From NCBI GenBank assembly GCA_051874735.1, contig JBJEGD010000026.1, forward strand, positions 128,001 to 192,000: DNA of 64,000 nt, written 5' to 3'. Numbering within the stretch: the first letter of the stretch is position 1; every line of letters begins with the position of its first letter. Positions 26,763 through 37,099 of the stretch are shown here, in pieces. Under the pieces are notes generated by a model. That model was not told where the DNA came from. It searched no databases and was given only the letters and a program-made list of their open reading frames with translations. The translations under genes were made by a program, and so were the position numbers. The stretch comes from Candidatus Bruticola sp. Its GTDB lineage: Bacteria > Vulcanimicrobiota > Xenobia > Xenobiales > Xenobiaceae.

Positions 26763-28226
26763 TCATTTTGGCGAAGACGTCGCTCCGACTTTAAACTGAT
26801 ACAAACGATTGTTAAGTTCAAAACTTTTACTTTTAGGATTGTAGCTTTCGCGTCCGATTTCTCCCAAATTCGGAGCGTAGTAGGCTCTATAGGAACCGTC
26901 CGTCAGTTTACCCTTTTCTCTGCCGAAATAAGTTACGCGCAAGCAGTCGCTGTAAGAACCCGCTGCTGTGTTTACATCGTAAAGATCAGAATCTACTTGA
27001 TACCACCGGTTTTCAAACATATATGGAGTATCCAAAGAGGAGAGAGGAGGAATTTGTACTGTCAAGTTGATGCCTTCTTGACCTTTATACAAGCGCATGT
27101 AGGCCTGACTTTCAGCATCAATAAAATCTATGCCCTGCATTCCTTCTTTGTCGGGAGTAATGAGACGCTCAGGATCGTTGGGATCGGCCGCTGCATCATG
27201 ACGTTTCCAATTGCACTTTACATGGGCGAAGGGGATGATATGCTCGTAGTTATAGAAAATAAAGCATTGAGATATATTCTCTTTTTTTAAGTTTTCAGGA
27301 ACTGCAGTCGTGAAAGTTTTTGAGGCGATATTGGGAGCTGCTAAGTATAAACCTATGTCAGGCTTAGGCGGAGTTTTGTCTAAAGAAGGACGATTAGTTT
27401 TTTCGTAAGCAGCTAATACGGTACGCGGATAAAAATCTTTAGTTTGAGGATTATAAGTAAAGGATAAGACTTCGCCGAGCTTAGGAGCGTAAAAAATTAT
27501 GCTAGACCCTTGGTCAAGTTTCTTGTTGGGGCCGTAAACGCAAACCATTTGACAATTTTGGAAAATACCTGCTGGAGTTGAAACTGTGTAAAGATTGTCA
27601 GCAGTGCGATAGAAAATATTGTTGTATTGAAAGAAACGGCCGACCTGGTTAGAGGGAGGAACTTCGCAACAAATTATATTCTCTCCATCAATAAATAGAT
27701 CCTGAGTGGTGGTACACTGATGTGCTTGATCAAATTTGGTAATGCCACGTCCTGTCGCTACCGGCACTTCGTAAGGATAGATGATCTGGCCGCTTTGAGA
27801 GTTGCGCATAAACTCATAGTGGCGAAAATTGCGTATATTTTGCTTACTTTCATCCTGTCTGTTTGTATAAATGTAGCGTCGAAAAGATAAAACGGTACTT
27901 TTAGGGTCGAAATTGCTCTGATTAGGAAAAAGGAAAGTTTTTTGAATTATATCTTCACTTTCCATATAGGCGGAAGTGCTGCAAATAGAAGCTGGTGAGT
28001 CTTTTTGCTCTTGAAAGATGGGGCTGCTCTCAGTTAATTGAGATAAATTGTTTGAACTGTCAGTTAGAGGAATTTTTTCCGTATTAGAGGATGTCGGGGG
28101 AACAATCTGAGGGGGAGATGATAAGGCTTGAGCCGGTTGGGAGATGGCCCAACCTGTGCCCATGAGCGAAGTTAGTAAAAATACTGTCGCCTTTAATGTT
28201 TTATTGCATTTAAAATGACAATTCAT
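26763..28226 (-). CDS. exported protein with two tandem DUF3108-like beta domains
   Basis: Signal peptide ending AQA; duplicated motif LY.V.T.AG....C..V..G...GS....YAP.LGE....YNP..K.F. Confidence 0.75.
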   Translation of the reverse strand: MNCHFKCNKTLKATVFLLTSLMGTGWAISQPAQALSSPPQIVPPTSSNTEKIPLTDSSNNLSQLTESSPIFQEQKDSPASICSTSAYMESEDIIQKTFLFPNQSNFDPKSTVLSFRRYIYTNRQDESKQNIRNFRHYEFMRNSQSGQIIYPYEVPVATGRGITKFDQAHQCTTTQDLFIDGENIICCEVPPSNQVGRFFQYNNIFYRTADNLYTVSTPAGIFQNCQMVCVYGPNKKLDQGSSIIFYAPKLGEVLSFTYNPQTKDFYPRTVLAAYEKTNRPSLDKTPPKPDIGLYLAAPNIASKTFTTAVPENLKKENISQCFIFYNYEHIIPFAHVKCNWKRHDAAADPNDPERLITPDKEGMQGIDFIDAESQAYMRLYKGQEGINLTVQIPPLSSLDTPYMFENRWYQVDSDLYDVNTAAGSYSDCLRVTYFGREKGKLTDGSYRAYYAPNLGEIGRESYNPKSKSFELNNRLYQFKVGATSSPK

Positions 28227-28528
28227 GACTATTTTTTCCTAATTGTTTATTTTAAGCTAAAGTATTTTAGTCGTTAAAGAAAAAAATCCGCCCTTAGTTC
28301 TTTCAGCTCACACTCTTACTTATTGTAGAGAAAAACAGTCCGCTAACTTAATTTTGTCTATATAAAGGAAACTGCTGCATAAAACGTGAACGACATAAAG
28401 GTTTGGGACTGCGGTCAGCTTTTGTTCCGAAGGGGTTCTGTTGCCTGCTCTATCGGGGCTGTTCGTGCTGATTATTTAGTAGCGGTTCTCAATGTTTTTC
28501 CGTTTTCGAAAGGAGCCTTCATTACGCA

Positions 28529-31500
28529 ATGGGTAATGTGAATGTCGCAAAAGCGATTATGGACGCCAATGAAGCTACTGCCGATGTCGCTTTTAGAGTA
28601 AGTGAAGTTTGCGCAATTTATCCTATTACTCCCTCTTCTCCTATGGGCGAATTCGCCGATCAGTGGAGCGCTGAGGGACGTAAAAATTTATGGGGAGCTG
28701 TTCCTCATATCCAGGAAATGGAATCCGAGGGCGGTGCTGCTGGTGCTGTTCACGGTGCCTTGCAGAGCGGTGCTCTTACCACCACCTTCACAGCTAGTCA
28801 AGGCTTGCTGCTTATGATCCCCAACATGTACAAGATCGCCGGCGAGCTTACCAGCACTGTTTTCCACATCGCTGCTCGTTCTTTGGCCGCTCAGGGCTTG
28901 TCCATTTTCGGTGATCACGCCGACGTCATGGCTTGCCGAGCCACCGGCTTTGCGATGCTCTTCTCCAACTCGGTTCAAGAAGCCACCGATATGGCTGCGA
29001 TCGCTCATGCCGCTACTTTAGAGAGCCGCGTGCCTTTCATTCACGCTTTCGACGGTTTCCGTACCTCTCATGAAGTAAATACTATTGAGCGCATTTCCGA
29101 TGATGTGCTTCGTGAGCTCATTTCCGATTCTATGATTCATGCTCACCGCGCTCGCGCTCTCAACCCCAACAAACCTTTCATTCGCGGTACTGCTCAGAAT
29201 GCAGATATCTATTTCCAGGGTCGCGAAGCTGCTAACCCTTATTATCTCAAGACTCCCGGTATTGTCGCCAATTTAATGAAGCGTTTCGGTGAACTGACTG
29301 GCCGTCATTACAATCTTTTCGAGTACCATGGCCATCCTGAAGCTGAAGAAGTGGTCGTACTGATGGGATCCGGCGTTTCCGTCGTCCGTGGTACTTTGGA
29401 TAAATTGTTAGCTGAAGGTAAGAAAGTTGGTGTCGTTACAGCCCGCTTGTATCGTCCCTTCGATTCTAAATCCTTTATTGACGCTATTCCCGCTACGGTT
29501 AAAACTATAGGCGTTCTCGACCGCACCAAAGAGCCCGGCAGCGCTGGCGAGCCTCTTTATCAAGATGTGGTTACCGCTGTTATGGAAAACATGGAAGGCG
29601 GAAAGGGTAAATTCGCCGTTCTGCCTCGTGTAGTTGGCGGACGTTACGGTCTCTCTTCCAAAGATTTTACACCGGCTATGGTTTGCGGCGTTTACAATGA
29701 ATTAGCTAAAGATGAGCCTAAACGCAGCTTCACCGTCGGTATTCACGATGACGTAACTAACTTAAGCATAGACTACGATGCCAGCTGGATCAGCGAACCT
29801 GAGAGCACAGTTAGAGCTATGTTCTACGGATTAGGTTCCGACGGTACTGTAGGTGCCAATAAGAACTCCATTAAAATTATCGGCCATGATACTGACAACT
29901 ACGCTCAGGGATATTTTGTCTACGACTCCAAAAAATCTGGTGGCCTGACCGTTTCTCACTTACGCTTTGGTCCTAAGCCCATCGATGCTCCTTTCCTTAT
30001 TCAGAGTGCCAACTTCATTGGCGTCCACCTCTTCGAGTTCTTAGAGAGTTACGACGTATTGAAGCAAGCTGAAGAGGGCGGCGTATTCCTGCTCAATAGT
30101 CCTTTCTCCAAAGACGAAGTTTGGGAACAGCTTCCTGCTGAAGTTCAAGAAATTATTCTGGCTAAGCACCTTCGCTTCTATGTAATCGACGCTTTGAGCG
30201 TGGCTCAGAAAGCCGGTATGGGCAACCGTATCAATACCGTTATGCAGACCGCTTTCTTCGCTATAAGTGGTGTATTGCCCCGTGAAGAGGCCATCGAGCA
30301 CATTAAAGCCAGCATCAAGAAGGCCTACAGCAAGAAGGGTCAGGAAGTTGTAGCTAAGAACTGGTCTGCCGTAGACAACAGTTTAGCTGCTCTGCATCAG
30401 GTTGATATTGAAGGACGTCAGGTTAATGGCCACCATCGTAAGCCTTTGGTAGCTGATGAAGCTCCTGAATTCGTCAAGAAAGTTACTGCTGTGATGATGG
30501 CACAGCGTGGTGATGATCTTCCTGTCAGTGCGATTCCTGATGACGGTACTTGGCCTAGTGGCACCACTCGTTGGGAAAAGCGCAATATCGCTTCTGCCGT
30601 TCCCAGTTGGGATCCGGACAAGTGTATTCAGTGCGGTAAGTGCGTTATGGTATGTCCTCACGGCGTCATTCGCTCCCGCATCCTTAGCAACGAAGATGCT
30701 GCTAAAGCTCCCGAGGGCTTCAAGCTCGCTCCTGCCAAGGGCTTCGTAGGCTACAATAAAGATAATTACAAGTTCACCATGCAGATTTCCGTTGAGGACT
30801 GCACTGGTTGCACTCTCTGCGTAGGCGTTTGCCCTGCCAAAGAAAAAGCCCTCACTATAGTCCCTCAGCGTCCTCTGCGCGAAGAAGGCCGTAAAAATTG
30901 GAAGTTCTTCCTCGATCTGCCCGATTTAGGCGGCGACTTAAAGCGCAATATGGTCAAAAATGTACAGCTGCTTCCTCCTATGTTCGAGTTCTCCGGCGCC
31001 TGCGCTGGTTGCGGTGAGACTCCCTATGTGAAGATGGTCAGTCAGCTCTTCGGCGATAGAGCTATGATCGCCAACGCTACTGGATGCTCTTCCATCTACG
31101 GTGGCAACCTGCCCACTACTCCTTGGTGCACCAACAAAGATGGTCGCGGTCCCGCTTGGTCCAACTCCCTCTTCGAAGACAACGCTGAGTTCGGCTTAGG
31201 TATGCGCATCGCCGTCGATCAGAAAGCTGAGTATGCTCGTCAGCTCCTCACTGCTGCTAAAGATAAACTCGAGCCCGAAGTTTATGAAGGTTTGATGGCT
31301 GTTGAGCCCGCTACTCCTGAGAACATCGCCAAGAAGCGTGCTCTGCTCGATAAGTTAGCTGAAAAGGTCAAAGGTTGCGACTGCGCCTGCGCCAGAGAGC
31401 TTGAGTCTGTTATGGATGCTCTCATTCCTCGTTCCGTTTGGATTATCGGTGGTGACGGCTGGGCTTATGACATCGGTTACGGTGGGTTAGATCACGTATT

Positions 31501-32083
31501 AGCTCAGGGCAAAAACGTGAACGTTTTGGTTCTCGATACTGAGGTATACTCTAATACAGGTGGACAGGCTTCTAAGGCTACTCCTTTGGGTGCTGTAGCT
31601 CGTTTTGCTGCCGCTGGTAAGACTCTGCCTAAGAAAGATCTGGGTATGATTGCCATGTCTTATGGTAACATTTATGTAGCTCAGATTTCCGTAGGCGCTA
31701 ACGATGCCCAAGCTCTGAAGGCTATTGAAGAAGCTGAGTCTTATGATGGGCCTTCCTTAATTATTGCTTACGCACACTGTATTAACCACGGTATCAATAT
31801 GGCTGATGGTTTGAAACATCAGAAGAATGCTGTAGAGTGTGGTCAGTGGCCTCTCTATCGTTTTGATCCGCGTTTGAAAGCTCAGGGCAAGCCTTGTCTG
31901 CAAGTTGACTACAAAGGGCCGAAGACTCCGGTAGCCGACTACCTGGCTAGTGAGAACCGCTTCCGTCAGCTCCAGAAGCTCAATCCTGAAGCTGCGGCTA
32001 AGTATGCTGAAGAGTCTGAAGCTATTGCTAAGGAGCGTTACGAGCGTTACCTTCATTTAGCTTCTGTTCCTGAAGTTAAGTAA
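28529..32083 (+). CDS. nifJ: pyruvate:ferredoxin (flavodoxin) oxidoreductase, single-chain
   Basis: YPITPSS, GRYGLSSK, GLGSDGTVGANK, CIQCGKC...CP, CTGCTLC...CP, FEFSGACAGCGE, GGDGWAYDIG; strongly biased codon usage. Confidence 0.98.
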   Translation: MGNVNVAKAIMDANEATADVAFRVSEVCAIYPITPSSPMGEFADQWSAEGRKNLWGAVPHIQEMESEGGAAGAVHGALQSGALTTTFTASQGLLLMIPNMYKIAGELTSTVFHIAARSLAAQGLSIFGDHADVMACRATGFAMLFSNSVQEATDMAAIAHAATLESRVPFIHAFDGFRTSHEVNTIERISDDVLRELISDSMIHAHRARALNPNKPFIRGTAQNADIYFQGREAANPYYLKTPGIVANLMKRFGELTGRHYNLFEYHGHPEAEEVVVLMGSGVSVVRGTLDKLLAEGKKVGVVTARLYRPFDSKSFIDAIPATVKTIGVLDRTKEPGSAGEPLYQDVVTAVMENMEGGKGKFAVLPRVVGGRYGLSSKDFTPAMVCGVYNELAKDEPKRSFTVGIHDDVTNLSIDYDASWISEPESTVRAMFYGLGSDGTVGANKNSIKIIGHDTDNYAQGYFVYDSKKSGGLTVSHLRFGPKPIDAPFLIQSANFIGVHLFEFLESYDVLKQAEEGGVFLLNSPFSKDEVWEQLPAEVQEIILAKHLRFYVIDALSVAQKAGMGNRINTVMQTAFFAISGVLPREEAIEHIKASIKKAYSKKGQEVVAKNWSAVDNSLAALHQVDIEGRQVNGHHRKPLVADEAPEFVKKVTAVMMAQRGDDLPVSAIPDDGTWPSGTTRWEKRNIASAVPSWDPDKCIQCGKCVMVCPHGVIRSRILSNEDAAKAPEGFKLAPAKGFVGYNKDNYKFTMQISVEDCTGCTLCVGVCPAKEKALTIVPQRPLREEGRKNWKFFLDLPDLGGDLKRNMVKNVQLLPPMFEFSGACAGCGETPYVKMVSQLFGDRAMIANATGCSSIYGGNLPTTPWCTNKDGRGPAWSNSLFEDNAEFGLGMRIAVDQKAEYARQLLTAAKDKLEPEVYEGLMAVEPATPENIAKKRALLDKLAEKVKGCDCACARELESVMDALIPRSVWIIGGDGWAYDIGYGGLDHVLAQGKNVNVLVLDTEVYSNTGGQASKATPLGAVARFAAAGKTLPKKDLGMIAMSYGNIYVAQISVGANDAQALKAIEEAESYDGPSLIIAYAHCINHGINMADGLKHQKNAVECGQWPLYRFDPRLKAQGKPCLQVDYKGPKTPVADYLASENRFRQLQKLNPEAAAKYAEESEAIAKERYERYLHLASVPEVK

Positions 32084-32167
32084 ATAGCTGCAAAAAGCAA
32101 TACACTCTCTTTAAAGCTTAGCCCTGTTCTAAGTGGGAGGGAGTGCATTTAGCTCAGCTTAAGTATG

Positions 32168-32217
32168 AAACGGGCGCTTTGCCGTTAGATATAAATCTGC
32201 GCAAAGCGCCCGTTTTT
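32168..32217 (+). terminator. intrinsic terminator after PFOR
   Basis: aaacgggcgctttgc ... gcaaagcgcccgttt, 15-bp arms plus T-tail. Confidence 0.85.
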
Positions 32218-32296
32218 GTGATTGCCTACCGGATCGCTGTTTTTTCTGCTAGTTGTTGTACTAAAATGAAAAGCTTTAGAAATTGAGCGAAACAAA

Positions 32297-32920
32297 TTGA
32301 ATGTAACTGGATTAAAAACACCAGATAAGTCTGACAATGATTCGGCTGATGCTGCTTTGCTGGAGCGTTTTCAGGCTGGCGATGATTCGGCGTTCGATGA
32401 ATTGATGAATATCTATTATCGTCCTGTGCTGAATTTAATTTATAAATTTAAGGGAGGTACGGCTAAAGAAGCTGAAGATACTGCTCAAGAAGTATTTCTT
32501 CAACTTTACAAGGCCTTACCTAGGTTTGAACTCAGAGCTCGTCTTTTTACGTATATTTACAAAGTCACTATGAATCAGTGTCTTAAAGAGCGCAAGAAGC
32601 GGGCTAAAGATATCCCTATCCAAATAAGTCTCGATGAACCGGTTGATAAAGGAGGAGATCGTCCGGTGCAGCGTGATTTTCCCGATCCTGATGACTCTCC
32701 GTTGGAGTCTATAGAATATGCAGAAGTGAGTAAGGAATTGCGTGAGGCACTTTTTAAAATTGATGACGAAATGAGAGCTCCTTTGCTCATGAACCGTTTT
32801 AACAATTTGACTTATGAAGAGATCGCCTCAATTTTAGGTATAACTGTAGCTGCTGTGAGATCCAGAATTCATAGAGCACGTCAGACACTGCAAAAGCATT
32901 TGGACAAAATATTCGGCTAG
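32297..32920 (+). CDS. ECF RNA polymerase sigma factor
   Basis: GD.SAF.EL, AED..QEVF, F.TYIYKV..N, region 4 LTYEEIA..LG.....VRSRIHRAR. Confidence 0.93.
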   Translation: MNVTGLKTPDKSDNDSADAALLERFQAGDDSAFDELMNIYYRPVLNLIYKFKGGTAKEAEDTAQEVFLQLYKALPRFELRARLFTYIYKVTMNQCLKERKKRAKDIPIQISLDEPVDKGGDRPVQRDFPDPDDSPLESIEYAEVSKELREALFKIDDEMRAPLLMNRFNNLTYEEIASILGITVAAVRSRIHRARQTLQKHLDKIFG

Positions 32921-32937
32921 AAAGGAGAGATTTCTTA

Positions 32938-33639
32938 ATGGGATTGACAGAATTTGCAAGAAATGTTGCAGGCAGTAGTTCAGATTGTCAATATTGTGCT
33001 GATAATTTATTAGATTATGAAGACGGTTTGCTGAGTGATTCTGATGCAGTAAAAATTAAAGCCCATTTGGAAGAGTGCGCGGAATGCCGCTGTTACCAGC
33101 ACGCTCTCCGGGAAGGATGGAAAAAATTAGAATTAGCTTTCCCCCAAGAGCTTGAGCCAGATCCAAATTTTAAAATTCGTTTTTGGAAAACGGTGGGCCA
33201 GGGAACTAATACTGAGAAGCTGATCAATCTGCAGCAGGAGCTCAGTAAGAAAAGTCGGCGTCTGCGCTATTGGAGTGGCTTAGCTGCGGTAGCTTCGTTT
33301 GCATTAGTTAGCGGGGCTGTGATGTGGACGGTTGCTTTTAATGGCAGTAACTCGTTGTCCGTTGAGCAAAGACAAGCTGATTGGACGCAGTCGGTTTCAG
33401 CCTCTGCTGAAGTTAATAATTTGGCGCAAAACTATCCAGTATCATATAAGACCGGAAGTTATGCGAACAACATTGAAACTGAACCTTATTACACAGAGTA
33501 TGTTGTCGCTGATGAATTTTCTGCCGATCATTATGATTGGAACGATAGTTTCACTTATACTGATTACGAGCAAGATTTTGTTATGTCCCAGGAACTTCTC
33601 GATATGGCTTTTAACGAGGCCGCAGGTATCCAAGATTAA
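32938..33639 (+). CDS. zinc-finger (HxxxCxxC) membrane anti-sigma factor
   Basis: C...L.DY.DG.L...HLEECAEC, single TM, acidic C-terminus; AAAGGAG RBS. Confidence 0.88.
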   Translation: MGLTEFARNVAGSSSDCQYCADNLLDYEDGLLSDSDAVKIKAHLEECAECRCYQHALREGWKKLELAFPQELEPDPNFKIRFWKTVGQGTNTEKLINLQQELSKKSRRLRYWSGLAAVASFALVSGAVMWTVAFNGSNSLSVEQRQADWTQSVSASAEVNNLAQNYPVSYKTGSYANNIETEPYYTEYVVADEFSADHYDWNDSFTYTDYEQDFVMSQELLDMAFNEAAGIQD

Positions 33640-33658
33640 CATATGAAAGGTTAAAATT

Positions 33659-34234
33659 GTGTTGAAAAGAATCGCCACATTTGCTGCTGTTGTAGGAATT
33701 TTGGGTACCATGACGTCAGTAGCTCGGGCTGACGGCGATCAGATTATAGAAATGCAGCGTCCTGAAATATCTGAGCAGACTAGTTCGTGTTATTACTATA
33801 TAGATTCTCATGTGGGAGTTTCAGATTTAGATAGCTGTTCTTCTTGCTCCTTTACTGTAGATCAGGGGATACAGGGAAGTAAGGCTGATAGTCAGCAGAA
33901 ATCCTTTTATAGCAATTGTGTTAGAATTTTTTTGAGCCATCAGGACAAAGATGAGGCAAGATTACCTGAGGCCAAGCAGGTTAAGGAAAAATATCGCCCT
34001 CAGATGCTGCAGTTAGAAGCATCACTCAAAGAATTGAAAGTTCGTGTCGCCAAAGAACTTAGCTCTCCCAATCCTAACAAAGTTGTGGTCAAGAACTATA
34101 TGAATCAAATCAGTGAGCTGCATCGTCGTAGGCAGCAGTTATTTGCAGATCAAATGTTTGAGACTCTGGAAATGTTGCCCAAAGAGAAAAAACGCGACTA
34201 TCTAGAGCCAATTATAGAACGTTATCTTAGATAA
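33659..34234 (+). CDS. exported Spy/CpxP/ZraP-like helical protein
   Basis: Signal peptide ending ARA, ELSSPNPN, L..L.ML.KEK (LTxxQ-like); follows the ECF/anti-sigma pair. Confidence 0.7.
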   Translation: MLKRIATFAAVVGILGTMTSVARADGDQIIEMQRPEISEQTSSCYYYIDSHVGVSDLDSCSSCSFTVDQGIQGSKADSQQKSFYSNCVRIFLSHQDKDEARLPEAKQVKEKYRPQMLQLEASLKELKVRVAKELSSPNPNKVVVKNYMNQISELHRRRQQLFADQMFETLEMLPKEKKRDYLEPIIERYLR

Positions 34235-34263
34235 AATTAGTATTCAATAATTTTTTTGATAAG

Positions 34264-35013
34264 CTAGAAGCCGATAATAAAAGCGTTATCGGCAGCACTG
34301 GGAGTATCGTCAATCAGAGGAGATTGCAACGACTCTAAAACTGTATCAATAGTGTGAACGGTAGTCAGCACCAAATCGGGAGCACTGACGACTGTTTTTG
34401 ATTCTAAGTGAGAACTGATCATTTGTCCGAGTTCGTAAGCAAAGGCTACTCTGGCTGACACTTCTATAGACTGACTGATGCCGTCTTTTATGTTTGCTTT
34501 AGTTGGACCAGCATGGCTTACAATGATAGCGACGTCGTAATCTTGTTCAGTTTCCAAGCTGACTAAGGTGTGAACATACTCTAAGTCGATGGTGACCGTC
34601 TGACCTTTTTCTCCCAAAGGAATCTCTAAGGGCTTATGTTCAGTCCAGGTGGAACCTTTTTTCTGTAACCCGGAGGGGAAGATTGGTTGGTTAATATTGG
34701 CATTTACTGTAGAGCGGGTAATATTTCCGTTCTTTTCTACGGTCATTCCGATGGTTTGACCAATGGTCGGTAAGGGGAGACGCTGCTTATTGCGCTCAAT
34801 AAAACCGTCCGTAACGTGTACATCGAGATCAAAAGTATTTCCGGAAACTTTGACTATCTTTTGATCGGTAGTCATTTCCATAGCTACGTTAGAACTGCTT
34901 ATTTCCTCATTGTTTTCTTCAGTTCTCTGCTTAGAGTGCATCACCGTTCTGTAAGACAGAACTTCTCCGGTAGCGGCCTTATACTCTAAAAATACGCCTT
35001 CACTGTTGAGCAT
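34264..35013 (-). CDS. hypothetical beta-rich protein
   Basis: 249-aa ORF with GAGG RBS; LEYK...GE.L.Y and P......G.TW motifs. Confidence 0.75.
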   Translation of the reverse strand: MLNSEGVFLEYKAATGEVLSYRTVMHSKQRTEENNEEISSSNVAMEMTTDQKIVKVSGNTFDLDVHVTDGFIERNKQRLPLPTIGQTIGMTVEKNGNITRSTVNANINQPIFPSGLQKKGSTWTEHKPLEIPLGEKGQTVTIDLEYVHTLVSLETEQDYDVAIIVSHAGPTKANIKDGISQSIEVSARVAFAYELGQMISSHLESKTVVSAPDLVLTTVHTIDTVLESLQSPLIDDTPSAADNAFIIGF

Positions 35014-35075
35014 TTAAATAATTTCCTCTCGCCTGGCCTGTGCAGCCCGTGCCGTAAATTTTTATTCAGTGTAGA

Positions 35076-36809
35076 TTAAAATCCTTTGCTGCAGTCTAAA
35101 ATATTCCAGTTTAGTTTGCTATAACTATGGTTAAGCTCATCAATTGAGCTCTTGTTTTTTAGGTATAGTAAAGCGCTGCGGTGCAAAGCTTTTGCGTAGT
35201 TTTTATCTTTATTTTCCTGAGCGCAGAGAGCTGCTTTTTGTAAGGGCTCTATCTCCTGGCATAATTTGTTTATCTCTCCTATTCTTTGACCAAAATTTGG
35301 ATGAGTACTGAACCAAGCAATCGATATTTTGCTTTGTCCCGATTCTTTTTGGTAAATTGATAGTTTCTCTAAAGTAGTACAGAATTCTTGAGGGTTAAAT
35401 CCTGCTGCAAAAGTGAGCATCACCGCATCGCGGTCAGCTTCATATTCCTGTTCACGGGAAAATCCTTTATTAATCAAATTGGCGGCCTGCTTAGAACCAA
35501 AATAACTCCAATAATTAGTGGCGGTATAGCGCATTACCGTGCCAAAAATATTTGATATGTTGCGCCGTGTTTTTGAAGCACTGCTGTGATTACGGATAAT
35601 ATGAGAAAATTCATGGGCTAAGACTGAAACTAATTCATCGTCGCTTTCTAAGAGCTTAAGTAAGCCTGAAGTTATAAATATCGGTCCGCCGTGTACGGAA
35701 AGCGCCTGAGCTTCAGGAGAATTTAACACGACAAAATCACACTTTTCAGGAGGAAAGCCGTTGCCTTCCAGAAGTTTACGTCCTGCTTTCTGTACTCTCG
35801 ATATGGCTTCCTGATCTTGGCTTAAAGCGTAACGGTTCTGTACTTGGGCCGTTCCTTCTCGGGAAAGTTCTCTATCCTGTTTATTCATACTGAGGTAAGC
35901 GTCTGTTTTAGGGAAACAAACTGGACAAGGTTCATAGCCCTTTCTCTGGGCAATTTTTTCATCGCGAAAAGCGTAGGGACGGCTATTTAAAGAAAGATGG
36001 CCAGCTCCTGGTTGGTGGTACTGCTTGCTTTCCATGTTTACCACTACGCCTTGAGACTCTCCCCATTCTTGGAGTAGAGCCTGGCTGCATAAATGCTGCC
36101 ATCTTTGATCGTCTGATAGAGGAATGCGAATCTCATGTTCCTCAATCAGTTCTAAGTCGAAGAGGCGGCCGATTAAATTCTTTTTATCATGGGATACAAC
36201 CATGACTTTGCGAGGTAGAAGAACTTTTTGAGTATAGTCTGACTGCATAAAAAGGGAGAGGTCTTTTATAATAACGGCTTTATCTTGAACACTCAAATTC
36301 AAGACCGCCTTTTCGTTAAAAAGATCTTCCGGAGTGCAGACTATCTGCTCTTTTTGTTCAATTGAATCTGGCAGGATTACGCTGCTGAGCAGTCCTTGAT
36401 CGTTAAAAGATATTAAAGCTAACTCCGGTCTTATTTCGGTGTCTTCTTCAGGATCTATTTCAATAGTATCGTTGTTTTCTGACTCTGTTTGGACCTTTGT
36501 TTGACTAGTAGGTACGGCTGTTCCCAAAGGATTATAGGAATTAACTGGAGCAGAGGGCGCAGATTGGGGATAAGCAGAGCTAGAATAATCTTCAGTTGCT
36601 TTGTTGGTGGTGTGGGGGATTCTCTTTTGCGGCGAAACATCGCTTTCATCTATATCAAGATCGCCGGGAAGTTCAAAATTGGATGCAGTATTACTTTCAG
36701 CAGGCGGCGTAACCATATGGGGCTGCTGGGCCGGAGCGGGCAGAGAAAAATTTATATATAACAAAGCCACCGTCAGGCTGCTCAGCCAAAATTTATAATA
36801 TCTGTTCAC
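35076..36809 (-). CDS. exported M48 metallopeptidase with Ada-type metal-binding domain
   Basis: A.S..GG.IFI.SGLL, ELVSVLAHEFSH, FSREQEYEAD, STHP...RI; upstream YH.P...H...GYEPCPVCFP; N-terminal signal peptide. Confidence 0.9.
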   Translation of the reverse strand: MNRYYKFWLSSLTVALLYINFSLPAPAQQPHMVTPPAESNTASNFELPGDLDIDESDVSPQKRIPHTTNKATEDYSSSAYPQSAPSAPVNSYNPLGTAVPTSQTKVQTESENNDTIEIDPEEDTEIRPELALISFNDQGLLSSVILPDSIEQKEQIVCTPEDLFNEKAVLNLSVQDKAVIIKDLSLFMQSDYTQKVLLPRKVMVVSHDKKNLIGRLFDLELIEEHEIRIPLSDDQRWQHLCSQALLQEWGESQGVVVNMESKQYHQPGAGHLSLNSRPYAFRDEKIAQRKGYEPCPVCFPKTDAYLSMNKQDRELSREGTAQVQNRYALSQDQEAISRVQKAGRKLLEGNGFPPEKCDFVVLNSPEAQALSVHGGPIFITSGLLKLLESDDELVSVLAHEFSHIIRNHSSASKTRRNISNIFGTVMRYTATNYWSYFGSKQAANLINKGFSREQEYEADRDAVMLTFAAGFNPQEFCTTLEKLSIYQKESGQSKISIAWFSTHPNFGQRIGEINKLCQEIEPLQKAALCAQENKDKNYAKALHRSALLYLKNKSSIDELNHSYSKLNWNILDCSKGF

Positions 36810-37099
36810 TACTATTCCGTTTCCTTTTGCAGCTTTCTAAAGCCAGAGATAAGTTATTTGACTCCGCCGCTAGATGGAATTTTACAATATTTTTGGCAGC
36901 CCTTCCGGTTGGCTGAGGGCTGATATCTCGATTTGGGAAAATTTTTGGTACAACATTTTAATTATGCGTTTGGCTGATCTAAAAACTAGAATGATTAGCC
37001 TTGTTTTTTTTGTTTTACGCTGAGCAGCCAAAAATAAGGAACGGGAATAATCAGTGTCGAAACAGTCAGGGAGTATTTCCTTTATTCAGGTATGACAGA

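Noticed and set aside
28602-32056. Short antisense and alternate-frame ORFs inside PFOR (likewise inside GH13, htpG and the pilin genes)
   Set aside because: Shadow ORFs expected from biased codon usage; no RBS or recognisable motifs
32220-32296. Autoregulatory ECF promoter
   Set aside because: No convincing GGAAC/AAC..CGT or GTC pair at the right spacing
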